Assembly: GCA_964016885.1 (NCBI GenBank)
Contig: OZ024755.1
Coordinates: forward strand, 620,001 to 684,000
DNA length: 64,000 nt
Source of the DNA: Eledone cirrhosa
Lineage: Eukaryota
Reading direction: 5' to 3'
Shown: one piece after another, positions 27,368-39,950 of the stretch
Layout of the letters: each line of letters begins with the position of its first letter
Numbering within the stretch: position 1 is the first letter of the stretch
Notes under the pieces: model-generated
The model's database searches: none
What the model saw: the letters and a program-made list of their open reading frames with translations, nothing else
What the model was told of the DNA's origin: nothing
Made by a program: the position numbers and the translations under genes

Positions 27368-27887
27368 GACTGAGCATAAGAGGAATCAAATTCTGTGTGC
27401 AGGAGAGGCGGTTGCGTTGGTATGGACATGTGATGCGTATGAAGGATAACAGCTACATAAAAAGTCGATGGAAACCGTGGAGTGGGGAGACCCATGAAGA
27501 CCTGGGATGAGGTGATAAAAGCCGACCTTACCCAATTACACCTCTCACAGGTGATGACACATGGCCGTGACCTCTGGCGTCACGCAGTAATACAGAAGAC
27601 CCGACCCCCACGGGTACAATCTGAAGCTGAAGCATATAGACAATATGCCCCCCACATCCTCCCACTATAAAGTGGACGTGTAGGCACCACGGCAAAAAAG
27701 CACCCAGTACTCACTGTAAATGAGGTTGGTGTTAGGAAGGGCATCCAGCTGTAGAAATTAAGCCAGAATCAGTTCCCGTATGAGCAAGACATGGTCAGCC
27801 GACACTGCCCACAACAGGACAACCCGTCTAACCCATGCTATTATGGAAGAACGGACGTAAAACGATGATGATGATGATGATGATGAT
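27368..27887 (+). mobile_element. RTE LINE 3' fragment, related to the 20-23 kb element
   Basis: Translates ERRLRWYGHVMRMKD and GRPMKTWDEVIKADL...DLWRHAVIQKTR; 3' UTR and (GAT)n tail match. Confidence 0.85.
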
Positions 27888-28690
27888 ATATGTATGTATA
27901 CATCGATCGACTTTCATCAAATCAGACTGAGGAAACAACGTTTTCCTCGGCCTTTCCAGTTGCTAGTACTATCTATTGGTTGCAACTCTAGGTAGAAGGA
28001 GCAACATGAAATAAAGTGTCTTGCTCAAGGACATAATGCATCGTATATATACATATATATATATAAACCAATAAAAATAGTAAAGTACTACACTATAATG
28101 ACATATTTATATATATACACACATATATATAAGGAGAGAGAGAGGGAGAGAGAGAGAGAGATGGTTAATAAGTAGTTAGATAGGTAAATAAATAGCTAGA
28201 TAGACAGACAGACAGACAGATCAATAGTTAGCAAAATGTTATATTTAATATATAAAAAAAATATAATTTCCCAATTAAAAACTAATTAAGGTTTTATAAC
28301 TTACAGTATACCTCCTTATGAATTGTTTCAAATAATAATTAGTATTTCTTCAGTAATTAAATGACTACTTATAGTAATTTACTGAAAAAGACCAACACAA
28401 TAGCTAAAGTGCCTCAGGTGTTCCACAAAAGGTGTTCAATTGAATGTCATTATAATATTCAATTTCTTCATCTTACATTCTGAGTTCCCAAGGTATATTT
28501 TGATTATATTTATTTTGTATCATATTCTCTCAACAATTATTTGTACCACTAGGTTAATCATTGGTTCACAATATTTCCAATCACATGACTGACAAAGAAT
28601 CTGTACAACTTTGACAGAGCAGAAGCCACAAGCTATTTCTATTGGAAAACACCAGTTTATCAGTGAAATATTCACATACATATCTCCCCT

Positions 28691-28749
<59 letters not shown>

Positions 28750-29276
28750 TGCAGGAGTCCACTGTAATATTTTATAGCCAATGTTTTGCTTTCAAAAAAT
28801 ATCTTTAAAAAAATGTCTCAGAGAAACAATAAAAAAAAAAAAAAAATAAGCAAATAAGTAAAGCATTTGGTCAAACAATTTCCTAGGGAATTAACAGAAA
28901 CCTAAATATATGATAGTGCTAACAGTTAGAGTCACTGGCTGTATTCATGCATACATAGACACTGGCCAAATAATTTTTATGTGTAAAATCAATTAGTGGT
29001 CAGTTCTTCAGTCTAAAATCAAATAATGTTGAAATAAAGTTGAAAACATGCACGTATACATATATATAAATCTATATATACACATGTACATGTATGCACA
29101 CTCCTAGATATATATATTGTTTCTACTTTTGGCACAAGGCCAGTAATTACCCAGTACATTACTGGTACTTTATTTTATCGACCCCGTAAGGATGAAAGGC
29201 AAAGTTAACCTTAGCGGTATTTGAACTCAGAATGGAAAGGGCCGTAACTCTTTGCATCAATATATATATATATATA

Positions 29277-29457
29277 GGAAAAATTATGACCCCGACGGCT
29301 CAAGCCGTTTCGACGGCTATTTCTGGACTATTTCTCGAAACGGCTTGAGCTCTGCCGTCGGAGTCATACTTTTTCCTATTTCCCACTCTACTACCCTAAG
29401 TATTGAGTACTCTGGTGGTTTATGGTCCATCTGGTTCCTTACCACAATTCCTTTGTT
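29277..29457. mobile_element. (TA)n-flanked fold-back element, same family as 34911-35120
   Basis: Imperfect palindrome 29277-29376 followed by the shared tail cccactctactaccctaagtattgagtactctggtg..ttatggtccatctgg. Confidence 0.75.
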
Positions 29458-30318
29458 ATATATATATATATTTATTTATTATGATTGGAAACCCTCTTTT
29501 ATAATGGCTCGCTTCTAACAAAACTATCACCAAACATAGACAGAACTTTTCCATTTTTTTCCAAAGAAATTAATCATCATTTACAAAACTAAAACGAAAT
29601 TAACTCCATCCAAGAACATCAAATATCTTAAAATTCAGTGAGATGATACTTTCAGACATTGTTCATAAAGCTAGAATTACAGCAAAATTAATCAGAGAAC
29701 ATTTATGCTGTCAAAAATAGGAAATTATGTTCCTAAAAGTGATATAAAATAGAATAAAAAAATAACATATATTACTCAATTTTCAGTGCCAATCTAAGTT
29801 ATAAAAGTCAAATTTGGCCATTAATAATAATTGTATGATAGGAAAATTGAATCTCAGAAAAAAAAATAATAATAACAATATTAATAATGACTGCTTCAGA
29901 ATGATTAACATTCATTAAATTTAATGTAAATACTAATTGCATATGTAAGAGAATATATCTTTTAGCTAAAGGATCAAATTATCTTTGATAATTACCTATT
30001 GCTTGTGATTATATTAAAGTTTCACAAAATAAAACTAAAATCTTTCAGTTATTTTATTAAAATCCGTAATATTTATATAATCTCAACTTGGATGTGGTTC
30101 CCCCAAAAGTTGTTTATAAGTAAATCCCTGACATTAGATAAACTTTAGTAAATGTTCTTTTTTTCTTGATTTTGTCAGGGAGGGAAAGAGGAGTTGCTAA
30201 TAATGGTTTTCAGGGCTTCCATAACTTGGAGGAAGGAAGGGAGGGAGGTATCCTTAAATCAAATGGTTAGCATGAATGGTTGCAACAGATGGAAAAAAAA
30301 CTAACCTTGGATCTTGAC

Positions 30319-30334
30319 CAGGCATGGGCAAACT
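30319..30334 (+). mobile_element. hAT-like terminal sequence just before the minisatellite
   Basis: CAGGCATGGGCAAACT resembles hAT/Charlie-type TIRs; no partner TIR found. Confidence 0.45.
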
Positions 30335-30352
30335 TTTAGCAAGCAGTTGGCT

Positions 30353-31677
30353 CCATAGGATGTGGATAATCATAAGGTGGACCACATAGGATGTGGATAA
30401 TCATAAGGTGGACCACATAGGATGTGGTTCACCATAAGGTGGACCACATAAGATGTGGCTCATCATAAGGTGGACCACATAAGATGTGGATAATCATAAG
30501 GTGGACCACATAGGATGTGGTTCACCATAAGGTGGACCACATAGGATGTGGTTCACCATAAGGTGGACCACATAAGATGTGGCTCACCATAAGGTGGACC
30601 ACATAGGATGTGGTTCATCATAAGGTGGACCACATAGGATGTGGTTCACCATAAGGTGGACCACATAAGATGTGGCTCACCATAAGGTGGACCACATAGG
30701 ATGTGGTTCATCATAAAGTGGACCACATAAGATGTGGTTCATCATAAGGTGGGTCACATAGGATGTGACTCATCATAAGGTGGACCACATAAGATGTGGT
30801 CCATCATAAGGTGGACCACATAGGATGTGGTTCATCATAAGGTGGACCACATAGGATGTGGTTCACCATAAGGTGGACCACATAGGATGTGGTTCATCAT
30901 AAGGTGGACCACATAAGATGTGGTTCACCATAAGGTGGACCACATAGGATGTGGTTCACCATAAGGTGGACCACATAAGATGTGGTTCACCATAAGGTGG
31001 ACCACATAAGATGTGGTTCACCATAAGGTGGACCACATAAGATGTGGTTCATCATAAGGTGGACCACATAGGATGTGGTTCACCATAAGGTGGACCACAT
31101 AAGATGTGGCTCATCATAAGGTGGACCACATAAGATGTGGATAATCATAAGGTGGACCACATAGGATGTGGTTCACCATAAGGTGGACCACATAGGATGT
31201 GGTTCACCATAAGGTGGACCACATAAGATGTGGCTCACCATAAGGTGGACCACATAGGATGTGGTTCACCATAAGGTGGACCACATAAGATGTGGCTCAC
31301 CATAAGGTGGACCACATAGGATGTGGTTCATCATAAAGTGGACCACATAAGATGTGGATAATCATAAGGTGGACCACATAGGATGTGGTTCACCATAAGG
31401 TGGACCACATAAGATGTGGCTCACCATAAGGTGGACCACATAGGATGTGGTTCACCATAAGGTGGACCACATAAGATGTGGCTCACCATAAAGTGGACCA
31501 CATAGGATGTGGTTCATCATAAGGTGGACCACATAGGATGTGGTTCACCATAAAGTGGACCACATAAGATGTGGCTCACCATAAGGTGGACCACATAGGA
31601 TGTGGTTCATCATAAAGTGGACCACATAAGATGTGGATCACCATAAGGTGGACCACATAGGATGTAGCTCACCATAA
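30353..31677. repeat. 31-bp minisatellite, about 43 copies, consensus GGACCACATAGGATGTGGTTCACCATAAGGT
   Basis: Continuous head-to-tail array with a few variable positions and no unique spacers. Confidence 0.97.
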
Positions 31678-32831
31678 ATTTATTACTGGTTCTTTAGTTT
31701 ATCTTTATTTAAGAAATAATTGTTTCTACATTTGGCACAAGGCCAGCAATTACTCAGTGCATTACTGGTACTTTATTTTATCGACCCCGTAAGGAGGAAA
31801 GTAGGTACAAGACCAACAATTTTGGAGAGAGGGGGGGGGGTCAATTAAATCAACCCCAATGCATTACCGGTATTCTATTTTATCTGTAGTGAGTGAAGCA
31901 ATAATAAAAAAGCTAAAATGTAAATATGACTTCCATATTTAATACAATTAACCCCCCCCCCCCACACACACACACCTTTATTTTATATATAATATTTATC
32001 AGTAGTGTAATATCAAAACTAATATATTGACTTCAGAACAATTATATGGGAGTAGGTGTGTGTGTATGTATGTATGTGTAAACATGTGTATGTATGTGTG
32101 TGTAAATATGTATGAATATACGTATGTGTATGTGTGTAGGAGATATGTATGTATATCTATGTATATATGTAAGAGATATGTATATATGTGTATATATGTA
32201 AGAGATATGTATATATGTGTATATATGTAAGAGATATATGGGTGCGAAGCTGTGAAGTTAATATAGATGCCAAACAATTTACTTCATATTCTAAAACATA
32301 AGACCATCTCTATATCAGATTCTCCAAATCTTGATAGAAATATGTGACATGTTTTTACCAAGTTCCATGATTGAAGGAATGGTTCCTTCATTGATTAGTG
32401 AGGTGACACACCCTCTTGTTCCCTTGTCTTTTATCTTCAATATTTCATTTCCAATTAGGAAAACATACATCAAAGTTTGTATATATGTATCTATGTGTGT
32501 GTGTGTGTATATATATGCATGTGTATATGTATATATGTATCTGTGTATGCATGTATGTATATATGTCCATGTATGTGTATGTGTGTATATATGTATAAAC
32601 ACACACACATATATATATATGTATGTATTTTTAGGGAAATGATTATATATAGACATATGATGGTGATAATGATATATATATATATAATTTGGTTGTTTGT
32701 TAGGAACAGTAAAAGCCACAAGCTAAAAACAGACTTCGGTAATATTATTGCAGTGTAAATAAGGATTTCTGTTTCAATTAAATGTGACAAATGTTATAAG
32801 GTAAACATTATTACTATATATATAGAGAGAG

Positions 32832-33022
32832 GGTGGTGGATTGGCAGTATTGGTAGAGAGTCGGACACCATGCTTTGAAGCATAGAGTTACGTCCCTTCA
32901 TGATCTGAGTTCAAATCCCGCCGAGGTTAACTTTGCCTTTCATCCTTACGGGGTCGATAAAATAAAGTACCAGTAATGTACTGGGTAATTGCTGGCCTTG
33001 TGCCTAAAATAGAAACAATTAT
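32832..33022 (+). mobile_element. tRNA-derived SINE (family A, ~190 bp)
   Basis: A-box TGGCAGTATTGG, B-box GAGTTCAAATCCC, core ctttcatccttacggggtcgataaaataaagtaccag (resembles Deu/Nin-type SINE cores), tail ggccttgtgcc.aaa.tagaaacaattatt. Confidence 0.85.
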
Positions 33023-33580
33023 TACTATATATATATATATAATATACATTTATATATATTTGCAACAACACGGCTCGCCATTTTTGATTCATATATGTTT
33101 CCCCCTTTGCTGTGACCTGTCTCTTTTCTCTACCCTTGTTGCTATCCCCTTCTCTCTTTCCTTCTCCCTCCTACTTTCACTCACCCCCTCTGCTAGTCAC
33201 CCTCTCTCGGCTAGCCTCTTCCTCGCACTTTCACTCACTCACTCTCTGCTACTCACCCTCTCCCTCCCTTCCTCCATCATCCAACACCGTACGGTCAAGT
33301 CATGTCTTTTTCTTCTCGTCAAAATTCGCCTGTTCTTATGTTCGAAATGAATTATTGACTTGATTTTTTTTCATTTTTTCCTCTCTTTACGTTGCTTCAG
33401 CCATCGTGTCTCTTCACATGTCTTTCTATTTCTCCACCCAATTCTTTTTATCCCAATAACTTATTTTAGTTATTGTATCGCCCTAGGCGGAGGTATATTG
33501 TCTTTACTGCGAAGAAATACCTGTGATGCCTAGCAGACAACTGATGACGGATAGCCTAACTTCTATTTCTAATTTTTCAT

Positions 33581-33611
<31 letters not shown>

Positions 33612-33665
33612 GCACCAAAAAAAGTAGATACTACTCTTATACTCTCTTAACCACTAAGCCTTCAT

Positions 33666-33666
<1 letters not shown>

Positions 33667-33701
<35 letters not shown>

Positions 33702-33816
33702 GTATGTATGTACATATATATATATATATATGTATGTATGTATATACATATATATGTATGTATGTATATACATATATATATATATGTATGTATATGTATA
33801 TATATATATATATGTA

Positions 33817-33856
<40 letters not shown>

Positions 33857-33871
33857 CATATATATGTATGC

Positions 33872-33904
<33 letters not shown>

Positions 33905-33919
33905 CATATATATGTATGC

Positions 33920-33955
<36 letters not shown>

Positions 33956-34110
33956 GTATGTATATATATATATATATATGTATGTATATATATATATATG
34001 TATGTATATATATATATGTATGTATATACATATATATATATATATGTACATATATATATGTATGTATGTACATATATATATAAATATATGTATGTATATA
34101 TATATATATA
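33667..34110. repeat. Compound (CA)/(TA)/(TATG)n microsatellite
   Basis: Direct reading; source of six YIYI pseudo-ORFs. Confidence 0.95.
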
Positions 34111-34520
34111 TTGTTTTTGAAGAAGCCGGTGAGATTGATTTGGACTAATAATATGGAGTTACATAACTACTATTGATTAGTTACTATATTGATTTCTCAT
34201 GATCAATCAAACTTCTGAAACGATCATAAAACAATGAACTGATTAAGCACTAAACATCACCTTTAGTTCTCATTGTTCAACACACACACACACACACACA
34301 CACATATATGACTTTCTACCTTGTTTAAATGTTCGACAAAATCCAATGTGATGAAAGCCTTCTACAAAAACATGAAATCTCAACACCTGATATCATAAGA
34401 ATTATTAGTTCTTGACTACATGAAGTTCTATTGGCCCTGTCATAGACAGGTAGATACCAGTATATATATATATATATACAATATTAAATAAATGGAAAAC
34501 TATATTTATAAAACCATATC

Positions 34521-34586
34521 TATTTCATTATATATATTTCGGGGATATCATATTAACAATATGCTATGCCTTCATCAGACAAAATA
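34521..34586 (-). ncRNA. Type I hammerhead ribozyme motif (inverted copy)
   Basis: Reverse complement of 34681-34746. Confidence 0.72.
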
Positions 34587-34680
34587 CAATATAAACAGTT
34601 TTATAGATAAATATATTCGACATACCGTAATAAACATCAACTTCATTTGAAGAGGTTTATCTATAAAACTGTTTATATTG

Positions 34681-34746
34681 TATTTTGTCTGATGAAGGCA
34701 TAGCATATTGTTAATATGATATCCCCGAAATATATATAATGAAATA
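34681..34746 (+). ncRNA. Type I hammerhead ribozyme motif
   Basis: UAUUUUGU-CUGAUGA-AGGCAUAGCAUAUU guu AAUAUGAUAUCCCC-GAAA-UAUAUA-UA-AUGAAAUA. Stem I 8 bp with two G-U pairs; stem II has mismatches including the core-proximal pair. Confidence 0.72.
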
Positions 34747-34874
34747 GATATGGTTTTATAAATATAGTTTTCCATTTATTTAATATTGTAAATATACTCC
34801 AAATATTTGTCGAGTGCTTTTATATCAGTTATAAATATTTACTAGTTGTAACCCAACAATTTTAAATATAACTT

Positions 34875-34910
<36 letters not shown>

Positions 34911-34912
<2 letters not shown>

Positions 34913-35120
34913 AGAAAGTATGACCCCCAACGGCAGAGCTCAAGACGTTTCAACGGCTATTTCTGGACTAAGTGGACTTTAGTCCAGAAATAGCCGTCAA
35001 AAAGGCTTGAGCTCTGCCGTCGGGGCCATACTTTCTCCTATTACCCACTCTACTACCCTAAGTATTGAGTACTCTGGTGCGTTATGGTCCATCTGGCTCC
35101 TTACCACAACTCCTCCATTA
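34911..35120. mobile_element. (TA)n-flanked fold-back element (hairpin 34911-35038 plus unique tail)
   Basis: About 60-bp arms around a 7-nt loop; second copy at 29277-29457. Confidence 0.8.
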
Positions 35121-35260
35121 TATATATATATGTACATACACACACACACACACAGTCTCTCTCTCAAGATTTGGTATGGGAAAACTGGCTTTTGGTTTAC
35201 AAACATTTCGAATGATGAACAGCCTTCAAGAATTAACCAAGTCTGTGAAAGAAGGTTCCA

Positions 35261-35318
<58 letters not shown>

Positions 35319-35319
<1 letters not shown>

Positions 35320-35616
35320 AGGGATAACAAAATATTGTTATAGGTAATCCAATTAGACGTTGTGAATACTTCTTATTATGGATAGTTTTAGTGTACGGCG
35401 TTGTTTGGCTCAATTTGAATTTGTAGATTTGCCGGTTACATATTTTTTATAATAGTCTCTGATGTTCTGATTGAGATAACATCGTATTCGAAATTGAGTG
35501 GCACTGCTTCTAGTGTTCAGCAATTTTTAGACAACTTAATCAGAGAAACAATTGTTAGACTGTAAATAAATTCCCCTTTTTTGTACTGTTGACCATGTTA
35601 TTCTTCACTTTTTCAA
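35319..35616 (+). mobile_element. (TA)n-flanked ~300-bp element carrying a long-stem-II hammerhead motif
   Basis: Nearly identical to 60457-60548 plus 60888-61093; related 3' end at 10359-10430. Confidence 0.8.
35452..35563 (+). ncRNA. Type I hammerhead motif with extended stem II; core mutated (CUGAUGU)
   Basis: AUAGUCU-CUGAUGU-UCUGAUUGAG...CUUAAUCAGA-GAAA-CAAUUG-UU-AGACUGU; palindrome AACAAUUGUU. Confidence 0.7.
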
Positions 35617-35770
35617 TTTTATATATATATATATCATAATCATCATCATCATTATTATATATATATAAATTAATTTATAACTTTATAAAGCTAACTGTTT
35701 CTAATACATAAACATCTCAATAAAAGGATATATTAATAAAATATTCTCTCCATCTCTCTGCCCCCCCCCC

Positions 35771-35801
<31 letters not shown>

Positions 35802-36737
35802 AATAATGATGATGATGATAATAATGATGTCTATATATATCATCTCTATAAGGATGAACTATGTTGATGACAAATAGGTCATAAATGTGTACTGGAGGAA
35901 AAGTATGTGTAACATAACTTATTTTTGGGAGACATCAGAGTTGATGAAGTGTAAGGCAGAAACATTCCCATCTCTACACACAAAGTCAAAATATAAGCTC
36001 CGACACAAGAGAACTTATAGGTTCAATAGAACCTATAAATTAACAATTTAGTGAGGAGATCTTCATGTCATGTGCAATTAAATGACAAGATAATGTCTTG
36101 TACATCGTCTTTTGCAAAATGTTCCAAGGATGGGAGAACCAGGTGTATAACATAGGAGAGTAGATTCTCAGAAACGTTTGGTCCATGGAAGCCATAATGG
36201 TGGCTGATGAAGAGGGAGTGTCAGAGAAGATGGTTGTTAATCCTGTGTGATAGGCCGAGAGTTGGTGAGACCAGAGATGGCTCCCTTCTTGAGGAGGGGA
36301 CACACCATAGTTTGTTTCTAAAGATCTGAGTATATTCTCTCTCTCTCTTTGAATATACACATATACAGTAGAGGAAGACCAAGGAAGACCTGTGTGCAGG
36401 AGGTGAGAGTTGCTCGCAAATCATTGAGACTCACAGATGAGATGACACAGAAATGCTACAAGTGGAGAGATGCTGAAAATGACTCATCCAACCCATGCAA
36501 GCATGGAAAAATGGATGGAAAAACGCTCAACAGTTCTAAAAATAAATTGTTCATAAATAATTATATTTGATTGATATTTATAGATTATGACCATATTTGG
36601 CAAGTTCTAGAAGAAACTTTGTTTAAGATACCAAGAATGATCGGTACTACATTTGCACAAACTTTATTGGTTACCATTGTTATTATCATTCTTCTTTTTC
36701 TTCTCCTCCTCACCACCATTATTATTATTATTATTAT

Positions 36738-37256
36738 TGTTCTTTGAGTCTCAGTCATTGATGTTATTTAACTGGAAAGTTTGTTGAAATGAATATCAAG
36801 CCGCTACCTGCAGCCTCAGATATTCAGGATGTATCGGAGGGTTCTTGCTGTTCCCAGCAAGTATGCCTTTTGAAGTGTTCCAAAAAGCGGGGCTGGACTA
36901 ATTTTCTTTAACCATCCTTGGAAACTCTTTGAGATAGTACCTAGTGCGCCTATGACAATCGGGACGACTCTGACTTCATGGCAGTTCCAATTCCTTTTTA
37001 CCTCCCACTTTAAATCCTGGTCTCGGTTAATTTTCTCCCTCTCCTTTTCTTGCACTCTCGTGTCAAATGGGCAGGCTACATCTACAATCAGGCACGATCT
37101 ATTTTCCTTGTCCAAAACCACAAGGTCAGGCCTATTGTGTTCCAGTTTCTTATCCGTCTGTATCCTAAAATCCCATAGCACCTTCACCTGATCGTTTTCT
37201 ATCACCGACTCTGGCTTATGCTCATACCACTTCTCAGAATGTGGTAAATTGTTTAC
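36738..37256 (-). mobile_element. R4/Dong-clade non-LTR retrotransposon 3' end (restriction-like endonuclease) in (TAA)n
   Basis: KWYEHKPESVIEN..VKVLWDFRIQTD..LEHNRPDLVVLDK....IVDVACPFD...VVPIVIGALG is a PD-(D/E)xK RLE domain of R4/Dong type; (ATT)n on both sides, the known Dong target. Confidence 0.9.
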
Positions 37257-37288
<32 letters not shown>

Positions 37289-37585
37289 CATTATTATTAT
37301 TATATTGTTTTAAAAAGTTTATTAGCCAAAATTTCATTGTTGCTAGGATATATGAATGGCTCCACATTTACAGAGCGAAGTTTATTGAAATTCCACAGAA
37401 AACAAAAATAAGAAAATATTTTTATCATATTATCCAGAATTTCTTTCTTTCATTTTCTTTTCTCTTCTCTTTCCTTTCTTTGTCATCGTCATCATTGTTG
37501 TCATCACCTTCACTATTTCCATCATCATTATAATCTTTTTCTCCCCCAACAGCAGCTGCAACAGCCATCTCATTAAGAAAACTTT

Positions 37586-37942
37586 CTACTACTACTACCG
37601 CTCCTACTACCACTACTACTACTACTACCACTGCTACTACTACTACTACTACTACTACTACCACTACCACTACTACTACCACCACCACCACTGCTGCTGC
37701 TACCACCACCACCACCACTACTACTACTACTACTACCACTGCTACTATTACTACTACTACTACTACCACTGCTACTATTACTACTACTACTACTACCACT
37801 GCTACTATTACTACTACTACTACTACCACTGCTACTATTACTACTACTACTGCTGCTACTGCTACTACTACCACTGCTACTTCTACCACCACTACTACTA
37901 CTACTACTACCACCACTGCTACCACCACCACCACCACCACTA
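37586..37942. repeat. (TAC/CAC)n microsatellite with a 30-bp higher-order unit
   Basis: gctactattactactactactactaccact repeated 3-4 times within the run. Confidence 0.9.
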
Positions 37943-38783
37943 ATTCTCTCCCCAATAACACTTCAAAGTTCACCCTTCTTCCTAACACACACAAAATATA
38001 ATAGAAAACAAAACTTAAAAAAGGGATAACAAAAATACACAAAAACACACAAAGATATGAAGTTGTTTTTCTCCAATACTCAGTGATTTTGATAACATTT
38101 GAAACAATCTTAATTTAAAATTCATTTTAGTTCTACTTCAATATCTTTGATGTTTTCTCTTGTTCTCTTATTTTTGGATATTTTTGATTATTTTATTCTT
38201 TTACTGGTTTCAGTCATGAGATTGTGGCCATGCTGGGGCACAACTGTGAAGAGTTTTAGTTGATTATATCAACCCAAGAATTCTTTTATTGATTTCAGTC
38301 ATTAAACCTGGTGGAGCCCATCTCCTCTCCAAGTCTGAACACAGCATATTTCTTCCATAGAAGGATAGAGAGTGAGAGAGAGGAAGTGAGAAAGGGAGAT
38401 ATAGGAAGAATCAACCCCTGTACTTGACTGGTACTTTTTTTTATTATCCTTGAGTGGATAAAAGACAGAGTTGACCTCAGTCGGATTTTAACTCTGAGAG
38501 CAGAGAAACGAAATGAATACCACAAAGTATTTTATCCAACATTCTAACGACTCTGCCAATTTGTTGCTTTTGGGGGTAGATAGGAACCCTTTAAAATAGG
38601 TAGCTTTATTCTACAGAATCCGATGCAGATTTGGCTTCGGTTGGTAAGAAATGAGTTAAATCTAATGCAAGGTTTGATGAATCTTTTGCATTAATATAAA
38701 TTTGTCATAAATAGTTTGAAACGTCTGTCAAATTGTTGCACATAATTAATGCTTAATCAGAAAATTGATTCACATTTATCCAT

Positions 38784-39087
38784 TAACAAACAGCAACAGC
38801 AACAACAGTAACAATAACAACAGCAACAATAACAACTAAGTGGAATAACAACAGCAACAATAACAACAGCAACAACAACAACAGAAGCAATAACAACAGC
38901 AACAATAACAACAGCAACAGCAACAATAACAACAGCAACAACAGCAACAATAACAACAGCAACAACAGAAGCAATAACAACAGCAACAATAACAACAGCA
39001 ACAATAACAACAGCAACAACAGCAACAATAACAACAGCAACAACAGAAGCAATAACAACAGCAACAATAACAACTAAGTGGAATAAC
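38784..39087. repeat. (AAC/AGC/AAT)n compound microsatellite
   Basis: Source of the poly-Leu pseudo-ORF; aacaactaagtggaataac occurs near both ends. Confidence 0.9.
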
Positions 39088-39159
39088 TGTTAACTGGAAA
39101 TTTATTTGTTAAGAATTTTGATAATAATCATTTCAAGCAATATTAGTGGTTAGTAGTAG

Positions 39160-39950
39160 AATGATGGTGGTGGTGGTGGTGATGGTTGTGGTGGTGGTGG
39201 TTGTAGTGGTGGTGGTGGTTGTGGTGGTGGTTGTGGTGGTTGTGGTGGTGGTGGTGGTGGTGGTGGTGGTGGTTGTAGTGGTGGTTGTGGTGGTGGTGGT
39301 GATGGTGGTTGTAGTGGTGGTTGTGGTGGTGGTGGTGATGGTTGTGGTGGTGGTGGTGATGGTTGTAGTGGTGGTGGTGGTGGTTGTGGTGGTGGTGGTT
39401 GTGGTGGTTGTAGTGGTGGTTGTGGTGGTGGTTATAGTGGTGGTGGTTGTGGTGGTTGTGGTGGTAGTGGTGGTGGTGGTGGTTGTGGTGGTGGTTGTAG
39501 TGGTGGTGGTGGTTGTAGTGGTGGTGTTGGTGGTTGTGGTGGTGGTGGTGGTGGTGGTTGTGGTGGTGGTGGTTGTGGTGGTGGTGGTTGTGTGGTTGTA
39601 GTGGTGGTGGTTGTAGTGGTGGTGGTGGTTGTAGTGGTGGTGTTGGTGGTGGTGGTGGTGTTGGTGGTGGTGGTTGTGGTGGTGGTGGTTATAGTGGTGG
39701 TGGTGGTGGTGGTGGTTGTGGTGGTGGTTGTGGTGGTGGTGGTTGTGGTGGTTGTGGTGGTGGTTGTAGTGGTGGTGGTGGTTGTGGTGGTGGTGGTTGT
39801 GGTGGTGGTGGTGGTGGTTGTGGTGGTGGTTGTGGTGGTGGCGGTGGTGGTTAGTAAGGTGTTATTGGTGGTGGTGGTGTTGTAATAGTAGTAGTAGTAA
39901 TAGAATTAATGGTTAGTGTTGGTGGTAGTAATAGTAGTAGTAGTAGTAGC
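39160..39950. repeat. (TGG/TGT)n microsatellite
   Basis: About 700 bp G-rich trinucleotide run followed by (TAG)n. Confidence 0.95.

Larger units (their letters stand above)
34478..34789. repeat. Apparently perfect ~134-bp inverted repeat (34478-34611 / 34656-34789) with 44-bp spacer, inside a (TA)n-flanked element
   Basis: Arms read as reverse complements by eye; each arm holds a hammerhead motif. Confidence 0.92.

Noticed and set aside
30353-31677. CRISPR-like array of ~31-bp palindromic repeats
   Set aside because: Units are head-to-tail with no unique spacers, there are no cas genes, and the context is eukaryotic.
33530-33580. CTGATGA followed by CGGATAGCC as a hammerhead
   Set aside because: No downstream GAAA or closing stem I; at most a truncated remnant.
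33637-34148. Long ORFs rich in YI/HT/CV (also 31999-32790, 45481-45936, 49807-50557, 51307-52116)
   Set aside because: Translations of (TA)/(TG)/(CA) microsatellites.
36195-36240. GCTGATGAAG as a hammerhead core
   Set aside because: No stem II, GAAA or stem I pairing.
39146-39885. Poly-Val/Gly/Leu/His ORFs (also 16749-17321, 18590-19156, 37425-38048, 38783-39073, 41265-41711, 55720-56499)
   Set aside because: Trinucleotide repeats open in several frames and strands, with no domain or splice evidence.
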